Positions 1 through 14,044 of a DNA stretch of 64,000 nt are shown here, in pieces. The DNA is from Squalus acanthias (Eukaryota): contig CM059431.1 in the NCBI GenBank assembly GCA_030390025.1, positions 158,164,001 to 158,228,000 on the forward strand, read 5' to 3'. The notes under the pieces are model-generated. The model was not told where the DNA came from and made no database searches. It saw only the letters and a program-made list of their open reading frames with translations. How positions within the stretch are numbered: the stretch's first letter is position 1; each line of letters starts with the position of its first letter. Position numbers and translations under genes: made by a program.

Positions 1-664
1 AAGCAGGAAAATAATTAATACAATATTTGATAAAGGGCGTTAGACGAAATGTTAGAAATTGAGTATAATGCTTGATTTGAAGTACAACTAACAGGTAAGA
101 GACAATTCGCTTTCCCAATGTTTATTCGCACCATCCTTCTTTTCTAATTCTGCTTGCTGACCCCACGAAGAGACCTCATCTCCACTTCTCTCAACTTTCA
201 TTCGTCACCTGTTAATCTGGGTGACTGTCAGGTGATTGTTTTCGCGTGGGTTGGAGAGTTGTCACAGCGGAATCTAAAGCTTTCTTTCGGGAACAATGGA
301 TAGAAATAGGAGCTGGAATCCTGGGAGAGATTTCACCCTTTAGGCAGAGTTGTTGAGGCTTATTCTAGCATTTCTAGTGCCAACCTATTTACTTCGTTTC
401 AGTCAATTGCAACTCGGTGCCAAGCCCCTCAAATATATCTCCCATTATTCGCTAATATATTCGAGAATTATAGCCACTGACTCCCTTGCCGCCCAATGCA
501 AATAAAAGCAGCAATTAACATTTCACTGTCGGCGTAACTTGTTGTTTTCTAAACGGAAGCGCTTCTTCCTGTATTAGCTTTTCAGTGATCTCAAATATTT
601 TCTTGAAGTCCAACTTGTCATTTGTCTTAAGAATCTTAAATAGTTAAATAAGACCCCTTCACTA

Positions 665-2480
665 ATAGGAACATAGGAACATAGGGACAGGAGTAGGTCA
701 TTTCGTCCCCCGAGCCTGTTCCAAAATTTAATGCAATCATGGCTGATCTGTGATCTTACTCCATAAACTTGTGTATGCCCCATATCCCTTAATACCTTTG
801 GTTATCAAAAATCTATCAATCTCCGATTTAACATTGACAATTGATCCAGCATCAACTGCCGTGTGCAGAAGGGAGTTCCAAACCTCTACCGCCCTTTGCA
901 TGTAGAAGTGTATCCTAACTTCACTTCTGAAAGGCCTGGCTCTAATTTTTAGACTAGGCCCGCTAGTCCTAGAATCCCCAACCAAAGGAAATCATTTCTC
1001 TCTATCTACCCAATCAGTTTCACTTAATATCTTGAAAACTTCTATAAAATCAACCCTTAACCTTCTAAATTCCAGGGAATATAACCCTAGGTGGTGCAAT
1101 CGAACCAAGGCCAATATATCCTTCCTAATGTGTGTCCCCAGAGCTGCTCACAGGAGTCAAGGTGTGGTTTTACCAGGGCTTCATATAGTTGTAGCATAAC
1201 TCCTACCCGCTTGCATTCCAGTTCTCGAAATATATAGGCTAGCATTTCATTAGCCTTTTTGATTATTTTCTGTACCTGTACATGACATTTTATTGAACTT
1301 TGTACGTGGACCCCAAGTCTCTTTCGACCTCCACTATTTCTAGCTATTCGCCATTATGAAATTACTCTGTCGTATCCTTCTTAAGTCCAAAGTGGATGAA
1401 CTCATATTTGCCAGCACAGAAATCCATTTGCCAGAGCTTTGCCCAATCGCTTAATCCATTAATATATCTTTGTAATTTTATGCATCTAGAACTACTAAAA
1501 ATGCTGTCTATCTTTGTGTCATCGGCAAACTAGGAGATGTGGCTTTCTATACCATCATCCAAATTTTAGTAATTACAGTGAATCGTTGAGGCCCCAGCAC
1601 AGATCATTGCGGGATACCACTAATCACATCCTGTCAATTAGATACCAGCCCATTATCCCAGAACTCTGTCGCCTGCCACTCAGCCAATTTCCTAACCAAA
1701 TCAATAGGTTGCCTTCAATTCCATGAGCTGAAAATTTAGTTAACAGTTTCTTATGTAGGACTTTCTGAAATGCCTTCCGGAAATCCATATTAATAACATT
1801 CAGACATTCCCCTGTCCACTACTTTAGTCAACTTATGCTTTATAAATCCTTGCTGGATCTCTCCGATAAGCTGCAAAATTTTCAAGCTTTTCAGTCACTC
1901 TATCCATAATTATAACCTCTATTAATTTTTCTACAATACACGTTAGGCTAACTGGTCTATAATTCACTGGTTTCTTTATTTCACTTTTCTTAAATAGCGG
2001 AGTGACATGCGCAATTTTCCAATCTAATGTAATGGTTCCCGAATCGATGAAAGATTGGAAGATTATAGTTAGGGTACTGCAATACTCTCACCTACCTCCT
2101 TGAAATCGCTGGGATGGAACTATCTGATCCTGTGGAGTTGTCACTCTTTAGTGCCATAATTTCCTCCATTTTGCTTACGTTAATTTTGGTGATTCCCAAT
2201 CCCTGATGCAATATTGGTTTCCTTGGGATGTCTGCATGCTACCCTCTTTCGCTATCATAAATATTGACTAAAAGTAATTATTCAACATGTGTAACATTTC
2301 CTTATTTTCATTTGCAATAACACTGTTATCAGTTTTCAAGGGGCCCACATTGCTTCTGATCATCCTTTTTTCCTACTATAATTTAAAAAAACATTTGTGT
2401 GTTGATTTTGATATCCCTTGCAAGTTTCTCTTAATGCCCTCTTTTTGTAGCTCTTACTATCTGATTTTTCCCCTTTTGTT
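665..2480 (-). mobile_element. Decayed 5'-truncated CR1/HER1-type LINE (RT and 3' UTR)
   Basis: (TATGTTCC)n-type tail at about 665-682, 3' UTR stem-loop region, broken RT motifs, RT C-terminal ORF 737-985. Confidence 0.85.
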
Positions 2481-2921
2481 CTTCTTTGTATCTCTCCCAG
2501 TGGCCAGTCTTCTTCAAACGCACAAATGAATTTTACTTTCCCTGGTTGAGCCTATTATCTATCCACCTCACAAGTTATCTTCTGTTGCAAGTCTTCCAAC
2601 TCTTTAAATTAATAGCTTTCGTGATACAATATCAAAAGCCTTCCTGAAATCTCAATGTATCAATCACGATATTGATGTTGGTAAGAAGCCTGCAATTTGC
2701 CTCAAATAACTGCAGTACTTTGTTAGGCAATTGCTGTTGTTAATCATTACGATTGTTCTTCTTCCATGCCATACATATTTAAGTGTTTCATTACAGAACA
2801 CCGTAAGTGTGCATTGACCTGCCGTTTTAAGGATTATCCTTACGCACCCATTTAAAGATTTGTGTTACATAAGCTAATTCACATTGCTATAGCATGACAC
2901 CTGTTTTAACTATTTGCTAAA

Positions 2922-3340
2922 GATCATAGAATCATAGCAATTTATATCACAGACGGAGGCCATTCGACACATCGTGTCTGTGCCGGCCGAAATATAGCTA
3001 TCCAGCCTAATCCCACATTCCAGGTCTTGGTCCATAGCTTTGCAGGTTACGGCACTTCAAGTGCATATCCAAGTACTTTTAAAATGTGATGAGGGTTTCT
3101 GCCTCTACCACCCTTTCAGGCAGTGACTTCCACACCCCCACCACCCTCTAGGTGATCATTTCCCACCCATCCCAACTCCCCTTTAATCCTTCTACCAATT
3201 ACTTTAAATCTACGCCCCCTGGTTATTGAACTCTCTGCTAAGGGAAATAGGACCTTTCTATCCAATGTAGCTAGGCCCTCATCATTGTATACACCTCAAT
3301 CAAATTTCCACTCAACCTTCTCTGTTCCAAAGAAAACTTT
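2922..3340 (-). mobile_element. CR1 3' fragment, (TATGATTC)n-tail subfamily
   Basis: Closely similar to 11908-12310 and to the reverse complement of 28800-29216. Confidence 0.85.
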
Positions 3341-3466
3341 TACCCACAATCATAGATTCCTAGAATCATACTGGCAAGGTCATGATCGACCTCGCTAGCC
3401 ACTTCATAATTATTTTTTTCCTCAAATCCATCTTTCCGTACTGCATTGTGTTTCTTAGGTAATCAG

Positions 3467-3670
3467 TGGTCTGAAATTTGTACTTATATTAGTCTTCTTT
3501 CCGGACGGCCGTAGATTCAACATGAGTGGGAGATGACCCTTGATCTCATCCACGAACGGAGAAAAAACGCTCTTCGTGTTAGTGGAAACGAAAATCGGAT
3601 GTGATATGAAACGGGCAGCCAATTCACTACTGCCCCTTACATGCTACTGGCGATAACAAATTTTAGCCCC
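3467..3670. mobile_element. Short MITE-like element with imperfect terminal inverted repeats (TIRs)
   Basis: ggtctgaaatttg ... caaattttagccc. Confidence 0.5.
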
Positions 3671-3883
3671 AGATGTCTCATAACACCGCACTGTATTATG
3701 ACTATCAGAAAATTGACATCACTGTATTAATGACTGTGTTTTGAAATTCTGGCAAAGACTCCAAACTTTGCTGCACACTCGGCAGCTAGACGGTAATACA
3801 TGACAATACATTCACGACATGCAATCAATGTATTGTAGTGATTGTCCAGTACTTCGTGGACATCGGCTAATGTATCAGATAGT

Positions 3884-4646
3884 GGGCTGGAATTTGCGGA
3901 CGGAAGAATTCGTTGGAGTACACCTCCGGGCTGAGAACGGCTAAAATATCCGTACGTACAGTCAGGCTCCCGTGCTTCGGGTCCTGGACCTGCAGAAGGA
4001 TGCCTGCATCAAGGCCCACCGATCCCAGGGATGCAGGCGTTCCGGAAGCGTCCCTGTGATCACGTGCGCCAGATCCTCCAATCAGAAAGGAGCTTTCCGT
4101 GTATGCTTATGTGGTTTATATTTACAAACTTAATGCCCATAAGTTTATTAGGAATCTCCAAATTATTACATAATTTATACAAGTGCAATAAAAATAAATA
4201 TTCCCATTTACAAATGTAATTAAAAGTCCCTTCAATATAGCATTACTAATAAATATTAAAATTTTTGTAACATACTTTTAAACATTTTAATCCGGGCCGA
4301 AATGTACATAAACTCATTTTAAATGTTTGTGCATGATTGTTTCATTTTTTAATTTTAAATTTATAATTGATATTAACCCTTACGGGGCCCTACGGCTGTT
4401 AGTACCGTGCATAAGGATTTCGTGAACATTTGCTGGGTAGTAGCTGGGCAAATAGCCCAATATTGCGCCAGTGAAGTAATTTTGGAGGTGGAGTGGTAGA
4501 TCTGTCAAGGCGAACATTGGCAGAAGTTCGTGGTTTTTGCACATGCACAGCGCATGCAGAAACCTGGAATTTGTGGGGCCTTTTACAGGGATTACGATAG
4601 CATAAACTTTGTGTATGGCACCATGGCGAATTCAAAATCTGGGCCA
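3884..4646. mobile_element. Non-autonomous Harbinger-type MITE
   Basis: Begins gggctggaattt; internal blocks shared with 21553-22193 (ggaagcgtccctg..atcacgtg) and 50029-50607 (gcgca..gcatgc..aaac). Confidence 0.6.
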
Positions 4647-4755
4647 AAAAGATATACTTGTTTTAACCAACAGGTAAATTAATATCGTAGCAACCTAAAG
4701 AAAGGCAGAAACCATCACATTGTGAAACATTTACTCACTAGGAAACAATACATAC

Positions 4756-4821
4756 CTTGCAGAAATGCTGGGACTGTTGCTTTCACGTCACTCCATGTTG
4801 CATCTCCTGGCAAATTGGAAC
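4756..4821 (-). CDS. CARD/NLR-like gene short linker exon (expected to precede a NACHT exon)
   Basis: Acceptor atttcaatag|GT, donor CAAG|gtatgt; 66 bp, phase 1 to 1. Encodes (G)SNLPGDATWSDVKATVPAFLQ, in frame with B2. Confidence 0.72.
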
Positions 4822-4902
4822 CTATTGAAATCAATGTCCTCAGATTCAGTATTGTGGACTTCTTGGGGTTTCTTTTAACTTTTACCGGTAGTGTGAATTG
4901 CC

Positions 4903-5690
4903 TGGATGTTTGCAACTGCAACAACACTCAATAAGCTTGAAGCCTTCCAGAACAAAGCCTTCCACCTGACCCACACCCCATCCACCACCTCATACATTCA
5001 CTCCCTCGACAAATGGCGCACAGTGGATGCAACGTGTACTGTCTACAGGATGCACTACGGCAACTATTTCCCCTGGCTGGGGAGTCTAGAACCAGGGGTC
5101 ACAGTCTCAAAATAAGCAGTCTGCCATTTAGGACTGAGATGAGGAGAGATTTCTTCACTCAGAGGTTGGTGAATCTTTGAAATTCTCTACCCTAGAGGGC
5201 TGAGGAGGCTCAGTAGTTGAGTAATTTCAAGAGAGAAATCAATAGATTTTGAGATATTCAGGAAATCAAGGGATATGGGGATAGTGCAAGAAAGTGATGT
5301 TGAGATCGAAGATCAGCTATGATCTTATTGAAAGGCGGAGCAGGCTGAGGGGCCGAATGGCCTACTCCTGCTCCTATTTCTTATGTTCTTATTATGTTCT
5401 AACTCGCCAAGGCTTCTTCGACAGCACCTCCTAAACCAAAAACATCCACAACCTCGAAAGAAAAGTGCAGCAAGTCCATGGGAACACGACCATGTCCAAG
5501 TTTCCCTGTAAGTCACACATCATCCTGACTTGGAAATGTATTGCTTTTGCTTCATCATCGCTGGGTCAAAGTCCTGGAACACCCTCGCTAGTAACACTGT
5601 GGGATTACCTCCACCACATGGACTGCAAAGGTTCAAGTTGAAGGCCTAGCACCACCTTCGCAAGGGCAACTAGGGATTGGGTAATAACGC
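4903..5690 (+). mobile_element. 3' fragment of a second CR1-group (Zenon-like) LINE family, interrupted at 5066-5400
   Basis: TLNKLEAFQNKA..HSLDKWRTVDATCTVYRMH; homologous to minus-strand copies at 51724-52740 and 54912-60830. Confidence 0.75.
5066..5400 (+). mobile_element. CR1/HER1 3' fragment nested in the older LINE
   Basis: RT C-terminus, 3' UTR and tatgttct tail; aact duplicated at 5062-5065 and 5401-5404. Confidence 0.85.
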
Positions 5691-6204
5691 ATCAACTACT
5701 GTCTGCCTAATGCTTGGCCCATCTGATATAGACTATTTTACACTAACAAAAAAATTTTAAAATTCTGGTATTAATGTATTCAAAGTTGGCGTAAATTTAA
5801 CTTTACTTGATGTTGCAAAATTGACGCTTATAGGACCGGTCGCCCATTATGCACCACACACGCTAATCGTTTCCACTGAAGTGAATGGAAGAAAAATGGG
5901 GGTGGGGTGAGGGGTGTGCGGGTAGGGTGTATATTATGCGGACAATAAGCAATCGCCCGTTTTTCACCATTACACAAGTTTAAAATTATCCCCAACATTT
6001 CTTAGAAAACGAAATTTAATGTCCCTGGGTTAAGATTTGACATGAGCGAGGACACAAAATAGGTACTATCGCTTAGGTCGCCTGTTATATGCTCCGCCGG
6101 ATATTGAGTTCCATTGAGTTCAATAGAACATATTATCAGGCGTGTCATATAATGTTCGACAATTAGTGAGAATACATTTGTGTCAGCATTTCATCTGAAT
6201 AAAA

Positions 6205-7090
6205 AACAACACCGGGAAAGAACTCAACCTTTCAATCTGCAGAAGGCGACTTGCCCATGAACCCCACTTAAAATACCTGGGCGTCACCCGTGACAGGACA
6301 CTATCGGCCTCATCTCAACAACACCGGACAAAAAGTAAAAACCAGGGCGAACCTGGTGCGGAAACTCACTGGAACGTCATGGGTGAGCACGGCCAGAAGA
6401 TTGTGCACTACAACAGTGGCCCTATTTAACTCTTCGCAGAATACTGCTCTACCTCATGGTCCCGCAGCGACCACACAAAGATCGTGGATGGACCGATAAA
6501 CGCTGGCATGAGCAGTGTGTTAGGAACGCTCAATTCTATTCCAACTGAGCGGTTCTCGTTGCTTACCCAGACTCCCCCGCCTGCCATTCGTCATGATGCT
6601 ACTGTGCTCCGTGAGATGGAAAAATCATGAGCAGCATTGCCCTTTCCATTCATTAACACTTGAAAACTCTACCACGAAGTGCTTAAAATCGAGTCGACCA
6701 TTCTGGGAAACAGTAGAAATATTCATGCAGCTGGAATCAATCCACTATCGTGGGACGCATGCAACATAATGAACCATAGCCTCATCACTGACCCAACAGC
6801 GAAGGTCCTTGGTTTCGACCTCCCTCGAAGACAGTGGACAGCGTCAACAGAATACGCGCAGGGCATGGACGATGCGAACACCTGCTCCACAATTGGAAGA
6901 TGAAGGACTATACGAAATGGAACTGTGGCCAAGAGTCCCAGACCATGGAGCACATTGCACCAACCTACTCACTAACATCTATTGCAGTAGGCACCTCATT
7001 TCTGCACTCGGCATCTCAGGATGTCATCGAGTGGGTAGTCAAACGAGACATCCCATCATAAGCTTTTCCCCTCATACAAAACAACAAAAA
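6205..7090 (+). mobile_element. Vingi/Ingi-like LINE 3' fragment
   Basis: KYLGV, NLVRKLTGTSW, GFDLPRRQW, NRIRAGHGRC, CGQESQTMEHI motifs; ends in a CAA-rich tail. Confidence 0.7.
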
Positions 7091-7164
7091 AAAGATATTC
7101 CCTTTATGCGAAAGTAGTAGTTGTACGATCCCGAACCTGTCGAGTTTCACCCGCTTGTAATATG

Positions 7165-10100
7165 AGAACTAATAGTAAGATTGGGCTGAGTCAACATGGA
7201 TTTATGAAAGGGAAATCCTGTTTAACAAACCTATTGGAGTTCTTTGAGGATGTAAGTAATGTAATAGACAAAGGAGAACCGGTAGATATGGGGTATTAGA
7301 ATTTTCAAAAGAACTTCGATAAGGTCCCACACAAGAGTTTGGTGAACAAAATTAGGGCACATGGAATTGGGGGTAATATACTAGCATGGATAGAGATTGG
7401 TTAACAGACAGAAAACAAAGAGTATGGATAAACGGGTCTTTTTCAGGATGGCAGGCTGTGACTAGTGGGATACCGCAAGAATCGGTGCTTGGGCCCCAGC
7501 TATTCACAATCTTTATCAATGATTAGGATGAAGGGACTAAATGTAACATTTCCAAATTTGCTGACGACTCAAAGCTAGGTGGCAGTGTCAGTTGTGAAGA
7601 GGCTGTGAAGAGGCTTCAAGGGGATCTCTACAGGCTCAGTGAGTGGGCGAGAACATGGCAGTTGGAATATAATGTGGATAAATGTGAGGTTATCCACTTT
7701 GGTAGAAAAAACAGAAATGCAGAGTATTTCCTAAATGGTGAAAGATTGGGAAATGCAGATGCTCAAAGGGTACTGGGTGTCCTTGTACATGAATCATTGA
7801 AACTGAATGTGCAGTTGCAGCAAGCCATTAGGAAGGCAAATGGTATGCTGTCGTTCATTACAAATGAATGTGTGTACAGGAGTAAAGAGGTCTGACTCCA
7901 ATTATATTAGGCCTTGGTGAGAGCCCACCTGGAGTACAATTTTGCTATGCTTACTTAAGGAAGGATATACTTGCCATAGATGGAGTGCAACAAAGGTTCA
8001 CGAGATTGATTCCTGGGATGGCGGGAATGTCGTATGAAAAGAGATTCAGTAAACTAGTCCTTTATTCTCTTGAATTCAGAAGAATGAGAGGGGATCTCAT
8101 TGAAGCATACAACATTATTACAGGCTTGATAGGGAATTTGCTGGGAGAATGTTTCCCACGGCTGGGGAGTCTAGAACCAGGGGCCACAGCCTAAGGATAA
8201 AGGGTAGGCCATTCAGGACTGAGATGAGAAGAAATTTCTTCACACAGAGGATGGTGAACCTTTGGAATTATCTGCCCCAGAGGGCAGTTTAGGCTCAGTC
8301 ATTGATTATATTCAAAACAGAAGTCGATAGATTTCTGACTAGTAAAGCCATCAAGGGATATGGCGATACATAGATACATAGATACATAGAAGATAGGAGC
8401 AGGAGAAGGCCATCCGGCCCTTCGAGCCTGCTCCGCCATTTAATGAGATCATGGCTGATCCTCCAATTCAGTATCCCGTCCCCGCCTTCTCTCCATAACC
8501 CTTAACCCCTTTTGCCTGTAGAAATATATCTAATTCCCTCTTAAATATATTTAATGAGCTGGCGTACACTGCCCTCTGTGGCAATGAGTTCCACAGGTTC
8601 ACCACCCTCTGAGTGAAGAAATTCCCCCTCATTTCTGTCCTAAATGGTTTAGCCCTTATCCTTAAATTATGTCCTCTAGTTCTGTTCTCACCCGCCAAGG
8701 GAAACATTCCTTCTGCATCTAGTCTGTCTAGACCTGTCAGAATTTTATACACTTCTATGAGGTCCCCTCTCAATCTTCTAAACTCCAGTGTGTACATCCC
8801 TAAATTACATAGTCTCTCCTCATAGGTCAATCCCGCCATTGCTGGTATCAGCCTGGTGAATCGCCGCTGCACCCCCTCCATGGCAAGAACATCTTTCCTC
8901 AGATGAGGCGACCAAAATTGTACACAGTACTCGAGGTGTGGTCTCACCAGTGCCCTGTACAGCTGCAGCAAGGTATCCCTGTTCCTGTATTCCAACCCTT
9001 TTGCTATGAAGGCCAGCATACCGTTTGCCTTCTTGAACGCCTGTTGCACCTGCATGCTCGCCTTCAGTGACTGGTGTACAAGAACACCCAGGTCTCTCTG
9101 TACTTCCCCCTCTCCCAATTTATTGCCATTTAAATAATAATTTGCCCTCCCGTTCCTGCACCCAAGGTGGATAACTTCGCACTTGTCCACATTATAGTGC
9201 ATCTGCCATTTATCCGCCCAATCACCCAGTCTTTCCAAATCGCTCTGGAGCTTCCTGGTCTCCTCCTCTGAGCCCACCCCCCCTCCTAGTTTAGTGTCGT
9301 CTGCAAATTTGGAAATGCTGCATCCGACTCCCTGATCCAGGTCATTAATGTAAATTGTGAACAGCTGGGGATCCAGGACAGATCCCTGTGGTACCCCACT
9401 TGTTACTGCCTGCCATTCAGAAAATGAGCCGTTTATTCCAACTCTCTGTTTTCTATCTGACAGCCAGTTCTCTATCCACGTCAATACTTTCCCCTTTATC
9501 CCATGAGCTTCAATTTTCCATGCTAATCTTTTATGTGGGACCTTATCGAAGGCCTTTTGGAAGTCCAGGTACACCACATCTACTGGCTCTCCCCCATCTA
9601 TTTTACCAGTTACTCCCTCAAAAAATTCCAATAGATTAGTCAAGCACGATTTACCCTTTGTAAATCCATGTTGACTCTGTCATATCCTGTCCCCATTTGC
9701 TAAGTGCTCCGCTATTTCATCCTTAATGATGGACTCCAGCATTTTGCCCACAACTGATGTAAAGCTTACAGGTCTGTAATTACCTGCTTTTTCCCTACCC
9801 ACCTTTTTGAATAGTGGGGTAACGTTAGCTACCCTCCAATCCATGGGCACTGTTCCCGAGTCTAATGAATTCTGAAAAATCATACTTAGTGCATCCGCTA
9901 TCTCTAGGGCCACCTCCTTCAGTACCCTAGGATGCATGTTATCAGGCCCTGGGGATTTGTCCGCCTTCAATCCCTTTAGCTTCCTTAACACCATATCCTT
10001 AGAGATATTGATTTGCGTCAGTTCCTCCTTTGCCAATGTCCCTATTTTTCCCGATATCCCAGGGAGGTTTTTTGTGTCTTCCTTCGTAAAGACTGACCCA

Positions 10101-11008
10101 AAGTATGCATTTAGTTGGTCTGCCATTTCCTTATTTCCCGTTATATATTCCCCCGTATCTGACTGCAATGGACCAACTTTGGTTTTCACCAGTCTTTTCC
10201 TCTTGATATACTTATAAAAGCTTTTGGAGTTAGTTTTTATATTTTCCGCCAGCTTGCTTTCGTAAGCTATTTTGCCCCTCTTGATTAAGCCCTTTGTCCT
10301 CCTTTGCTCTATCTTAAACTGTTCCCAATCTTCCGCTCTGGCGCTTTTTTTGGCTATTTTATACGCCCTATCTTTGGATTTTATGCTGTCTCTAATTTCC
10401 CCTGTTATCCACGGTTGAGTCACCTTTTTAGATTTCCTTTTATGCCAGATTGGTATAAACAATTTTTGCAATTTTGTCATTCTATCTTTAAATGCTTGCC
10501 ATTGTTTATCTACCTCCAGTCCTCCCAGGAACGTTGTCCAATCAGACCTACTCAGTTCCCGTCTAATGGCATCATAATTCCCCTTGTTTAAATTCAGGAC
10601 CTTAGTCTCTGAGACAATTTCTTCGCTCTCCATTTCGAGCGAGAAATCGATCATGTTATGATCGCTCTGACCCAAGGGTCCCCGTACAACAAGATTACTA
10701 ATTAGTCCCTTCTCATTGCACAGTACCCAGTCCAATATAGCCTGTTCCCGAGTTGGTTCCTCGACATATTGATCCAGATAACCATCCCTTAAACACTCAA
10801 GGAACTCCTCCTCCTCATTATTTTTACTGATTAGGCTAGTCCAATCTATATGTAAGTTAAAGTCACCTATGATGACAGCTGTGCTCTTAGGGCGGGTGAA
10901 TGGAGTTGAGGCAGAAGATCAGCCATGATCTCATTGAATGTCGGAGCATGTTCAAAAGGCCGAATGGCCTACTCCTGCTCCTATTTCTTATATATTTATG
11001 TTCTTATA
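7165..11008 (+). mobile_element. Older CR1 RT/3' fragment split by the young insertion at 8365-10889
   Basis: QHGFMKGKSCLTNL to the RT C-terminus at 7165-8364; the 3' UTR resumes at 10889 and ends in a tatgttct tail. Confidence 0.85.
8365..10889 (-). mobile_element. Young 5'-truncated CR1 LINE, near-identical to 56004-58524
   Basis: ORFs 9680-10735 and 8468-9643 are separated by one GGA>TGA stop; FADD RT motif; (TATGTATC)n tail; constant 47635 bp offset to the full-length copy. Confidence 0.95.
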
Positions 11009-11057
11009 AGAATCAAAACAAAACCCTTGTATCATGAGATGGGAATCAGAACAATAC

Positions 11058-11229
11058 CTTTCTCCGTGATTTCTTTCAGGATTTTTTTCAACTTTGGTAT
11101 CCTGTTCTGCAGTGTCCCAAACGTGTGCCACATCGTTTTTGCTGCACTGATTCCTTTATCTAACACCGCATTGAAAAGCAGTTTGGCAGTTTCGCTGCAG
11201 ATTTTGCTTTCAGCTCCTTCACTGATTTT
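11058..11229 (-). CDS. CARD/NLR-like gene exon B2: second half of CARD-like domain 2 (absent from the supplied ORF track)
   Basis: Acceptor ttgatttctag|AAA, donor AAAG|gtattg; 172 bp, phase 0 to 1, same length as B1. Encodes KISEGAESKICSETAKLLFNAVLDKGISAAKTMWHTFGTLQNRIPKLKKILKEITEK. Confidence 0.85.
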
Positions 11230-11907
11230 CTAGAAATCAAATAGTGGAGTTTTTGATCCAACAATTGCATGATGAAGCAATAAATTATGGAATTAATAAA
11301 TATGCAACTACGTAAAAAAAGGCAGGATTTTAGTGGTAATTCAGTTTATCAACTAATTTTCGTTGTTAGAAACAACACCGTGGCTACAAAAATTTTTAAT
11401 GAAACTACATTTTTGACCAATTAAATTCCAATGTTATACAAGGAGAATAACGCCTTAATGGGCACCAGGGATTCAGACTCTATGGACAGAAAAATCGCGA
11501 TACTGATGGTTTTCTTTTCAATACTGCACTTCCATAGCTGAAACAGTAAGAAAAAACATTTAATTCGAAGCATGATCATTTTGTTTGGAAATGACTAATG
11601 ACTCTTTCCGCTTTGTTTGCAATGGCTGTATTGCTATGGGTGACGTTGACACTTCATTTCTGTTTCATTCAAACATATCCTCCCATATTTACTCAATCCA
11701 GCAGCCAAAATATGCTTGAATCTGGTGTAAAACTCTAGGGAGCGAGTTTGTACCTGTACGCGGAAGCAAAATGGCGGAAATGTGTTTCCAGCCCATTATA
11801 GAACAGTTCTATTAAACGCAAATAATGGCCGATGCGAGTCCGCCTGGTTTGTATCCACGGCCATGTATAATTTCCCCACCATGAGCACTTGACCCCTCCG
11901 AATACTA

Positions 11908-13030
11908 TCATTGAATCATAGGAGTTTACGACACAGAAAGATGCCATTCATCCCATCGTGTCTGTGCTGTCCAAAAAAGAGCTATCCAGCCTAATTCCAC
12001 TTTCCAGCTCTTGGTCCGTAGCATTGTAGGTTACGGCACTTCAAGTGCATATCCAAGTACATTTCTAAATGTGATGAGTGTTTCTGCCTCTACCACCCTT
12101 TTAGGCCGTGAACTCCAGAAGCGCACCACCCTCTGGGTGAAACAACATCTCCTCAACTCCCCTCTTTACCTCCGACCAATTACTTTAAATCTGTGCCCCC
12201 TGGTTATTGACCCTTCTGCAAAAGGAAATAGGTCATTTCTATCCATTCTATCTAGGCCACTCATAATTTTATACACCTCAATCGAGTCTCCCCTCAGCCT
12301 CCTCTGTTACAAATAAAGCAACACAGGCCTATCAAATCATAGCTAATATTAACCAGTCCTGGCTAAATCCTCGTAAATCTTCTCTATACCCTATCTATTG
12401 CAATCACATCTTTCCTGTAAAGTGGTGACCAGAACTGTACGCAGTACTGTAGCTATGGCCTAACTAGTGTTTTGTACAGTCGAAGCATAGCCCCCTGCTC
12501 TTGTATTCTATGCCACGGCAAAGGAAAGTATCACGTATGCCTTCTTAAACACCTTACCTCCCTGTCCTGCTGCATTCAGGGATCTGTGGGCATGCACTCC
12601 AAGGTACCTCTGTTTCTCTACACTGCTCAGTATCCTACCATTTATACTGTATTCCCTTGCCTTGTAAGCTATCCGCAAATGCATTACCTCACACTTCTCC
12701 GGATTGAATTCCATTTGACACTTTTCTGCCCACCTGACCAGTCCATTGATATCTTCCTGCAGTCTACAGCTTTCTTCCTCACTACCAATCACAAGCCCAA
12801 TTTTTGTATACTCTGTAAACTTTTTAATCATGCCCTCGACATTGAAGTCTAAATCATTGATGTCTATCACAAAAAGTAAGGAACCTAATACTGAGCCCTG
12901 CGGAATCCCACTGGAAACAAGTTTCCAGTCACAAAAACATCCTTGGTTTAGCTTCGGGACACTGAGACTATTTTGCCACTTTCCCTTGAATCCCATGGTC
13001 TTTCACTTTTCTGACCAGGCTGCCATGTGA
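11908..13030 (-). mobile_element. Decayed CR1 RT/3' fragment
   Basis: SGIPQGSVLG, MEFNPEKCEVMH; atgattc tail. Confidence 0.88.
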
Positions 13031-13865
13031 GAAGATCTGCAGGTTTATTCGAATTCATAGAAATGAAAGGGTGATGACCAGCAACCGTTCTCTACCCATA
13101 TTGCGTGTAATTCGGCTGTGAAGATTGAATCAATTCTGAGCGGAATGCCAGAGCGGTCCACTCCTTCACTGAATTTACATTACAAGAGCAGCGTTAGAGG
13201 AAAGCCAAATTGATGCGTAAAGTTCCTATAGTTGTAGTGTGAATGTAACTTTAAGACCAGCCGCAATCTTTGCAGGAAAGAGGATACTCAGCTTTTAAAA
13301 ATGCAAATATGCAAGTCGTGCATTCACAGGGACCGCATGCAGGGAAATTGTGCATTCACATCCCGATTTTTATAATTTATGATTGAAAAATCGGAAGCTC
13401 TGAGTAGTAATTTGCAGTTTCCGCTTTCACTATGGACTGTAGTGGATTTTCTACCGCTTATGTATCAATATTTTACTGTATATAATGCTGTAGTGGGAAC
13501 TTTTAATGCCATAACATCAAATTGCTGTATACATAATATTAAGGAACCGCACTGTTAATTTTATAGGATTTAATGTTTTTCCATAAATTAATGCAGGGAG
13601 GAAATATTGTTACATTATTGACAGGAAGTATTATACCTTAAAGACACAGAAGTATCATCCCTACAGATCTATGTACCTGGTTTATGAACTAATGTTTGGA
13701 ATTATTGAAAACTAAAGATGGCCGTGATATTCTCTGAGCAAGTTTAAGCAACAACGCGATCTTTAGGAAGTATCCACTTTAACAATTGACACAGGTCAGT
13801 TTCCATCCCTTCCGTTTCATATTTCATCTCAAAATTATTAATATAACTATTTTTCTTCAACATAC

Positions 13866-14044
13866 CGCAAGTTCTGAGTCATCCAATATCTTTGCATTTA
13901 ACAATTCTTTGGCTACACGTTCCACATGATCTTCAACAGCATCTTCTAATCTTTGACGGTAGAAATTGGTGACTTTGCGTAATTCATTGTTACTGAAGCT
14001 TTGAAGAATCGGTCTAATGTCAACGTCATCGTCTACAACTAGAC
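13866..14044 (-). CDS. CARD/NLR-like gene exon A0: first half of CARD-like domain 2
   Basis: Acceptor tttcgttatag|GT, donor GCG|gtatgt; 179 bp, phase 1 to 0. Encodes LVVDDDVDIRPILQSFSNNELRKVTNFYRQRLEDAVEDHVERVAKELLNAKILDDSELA. Confidence 0.85.

Noticed and set aside
1..660. Possible NACHT exon at the left edge
   Set aside because: No long open frame or P-loop motif on the minus strand; treated as intron.
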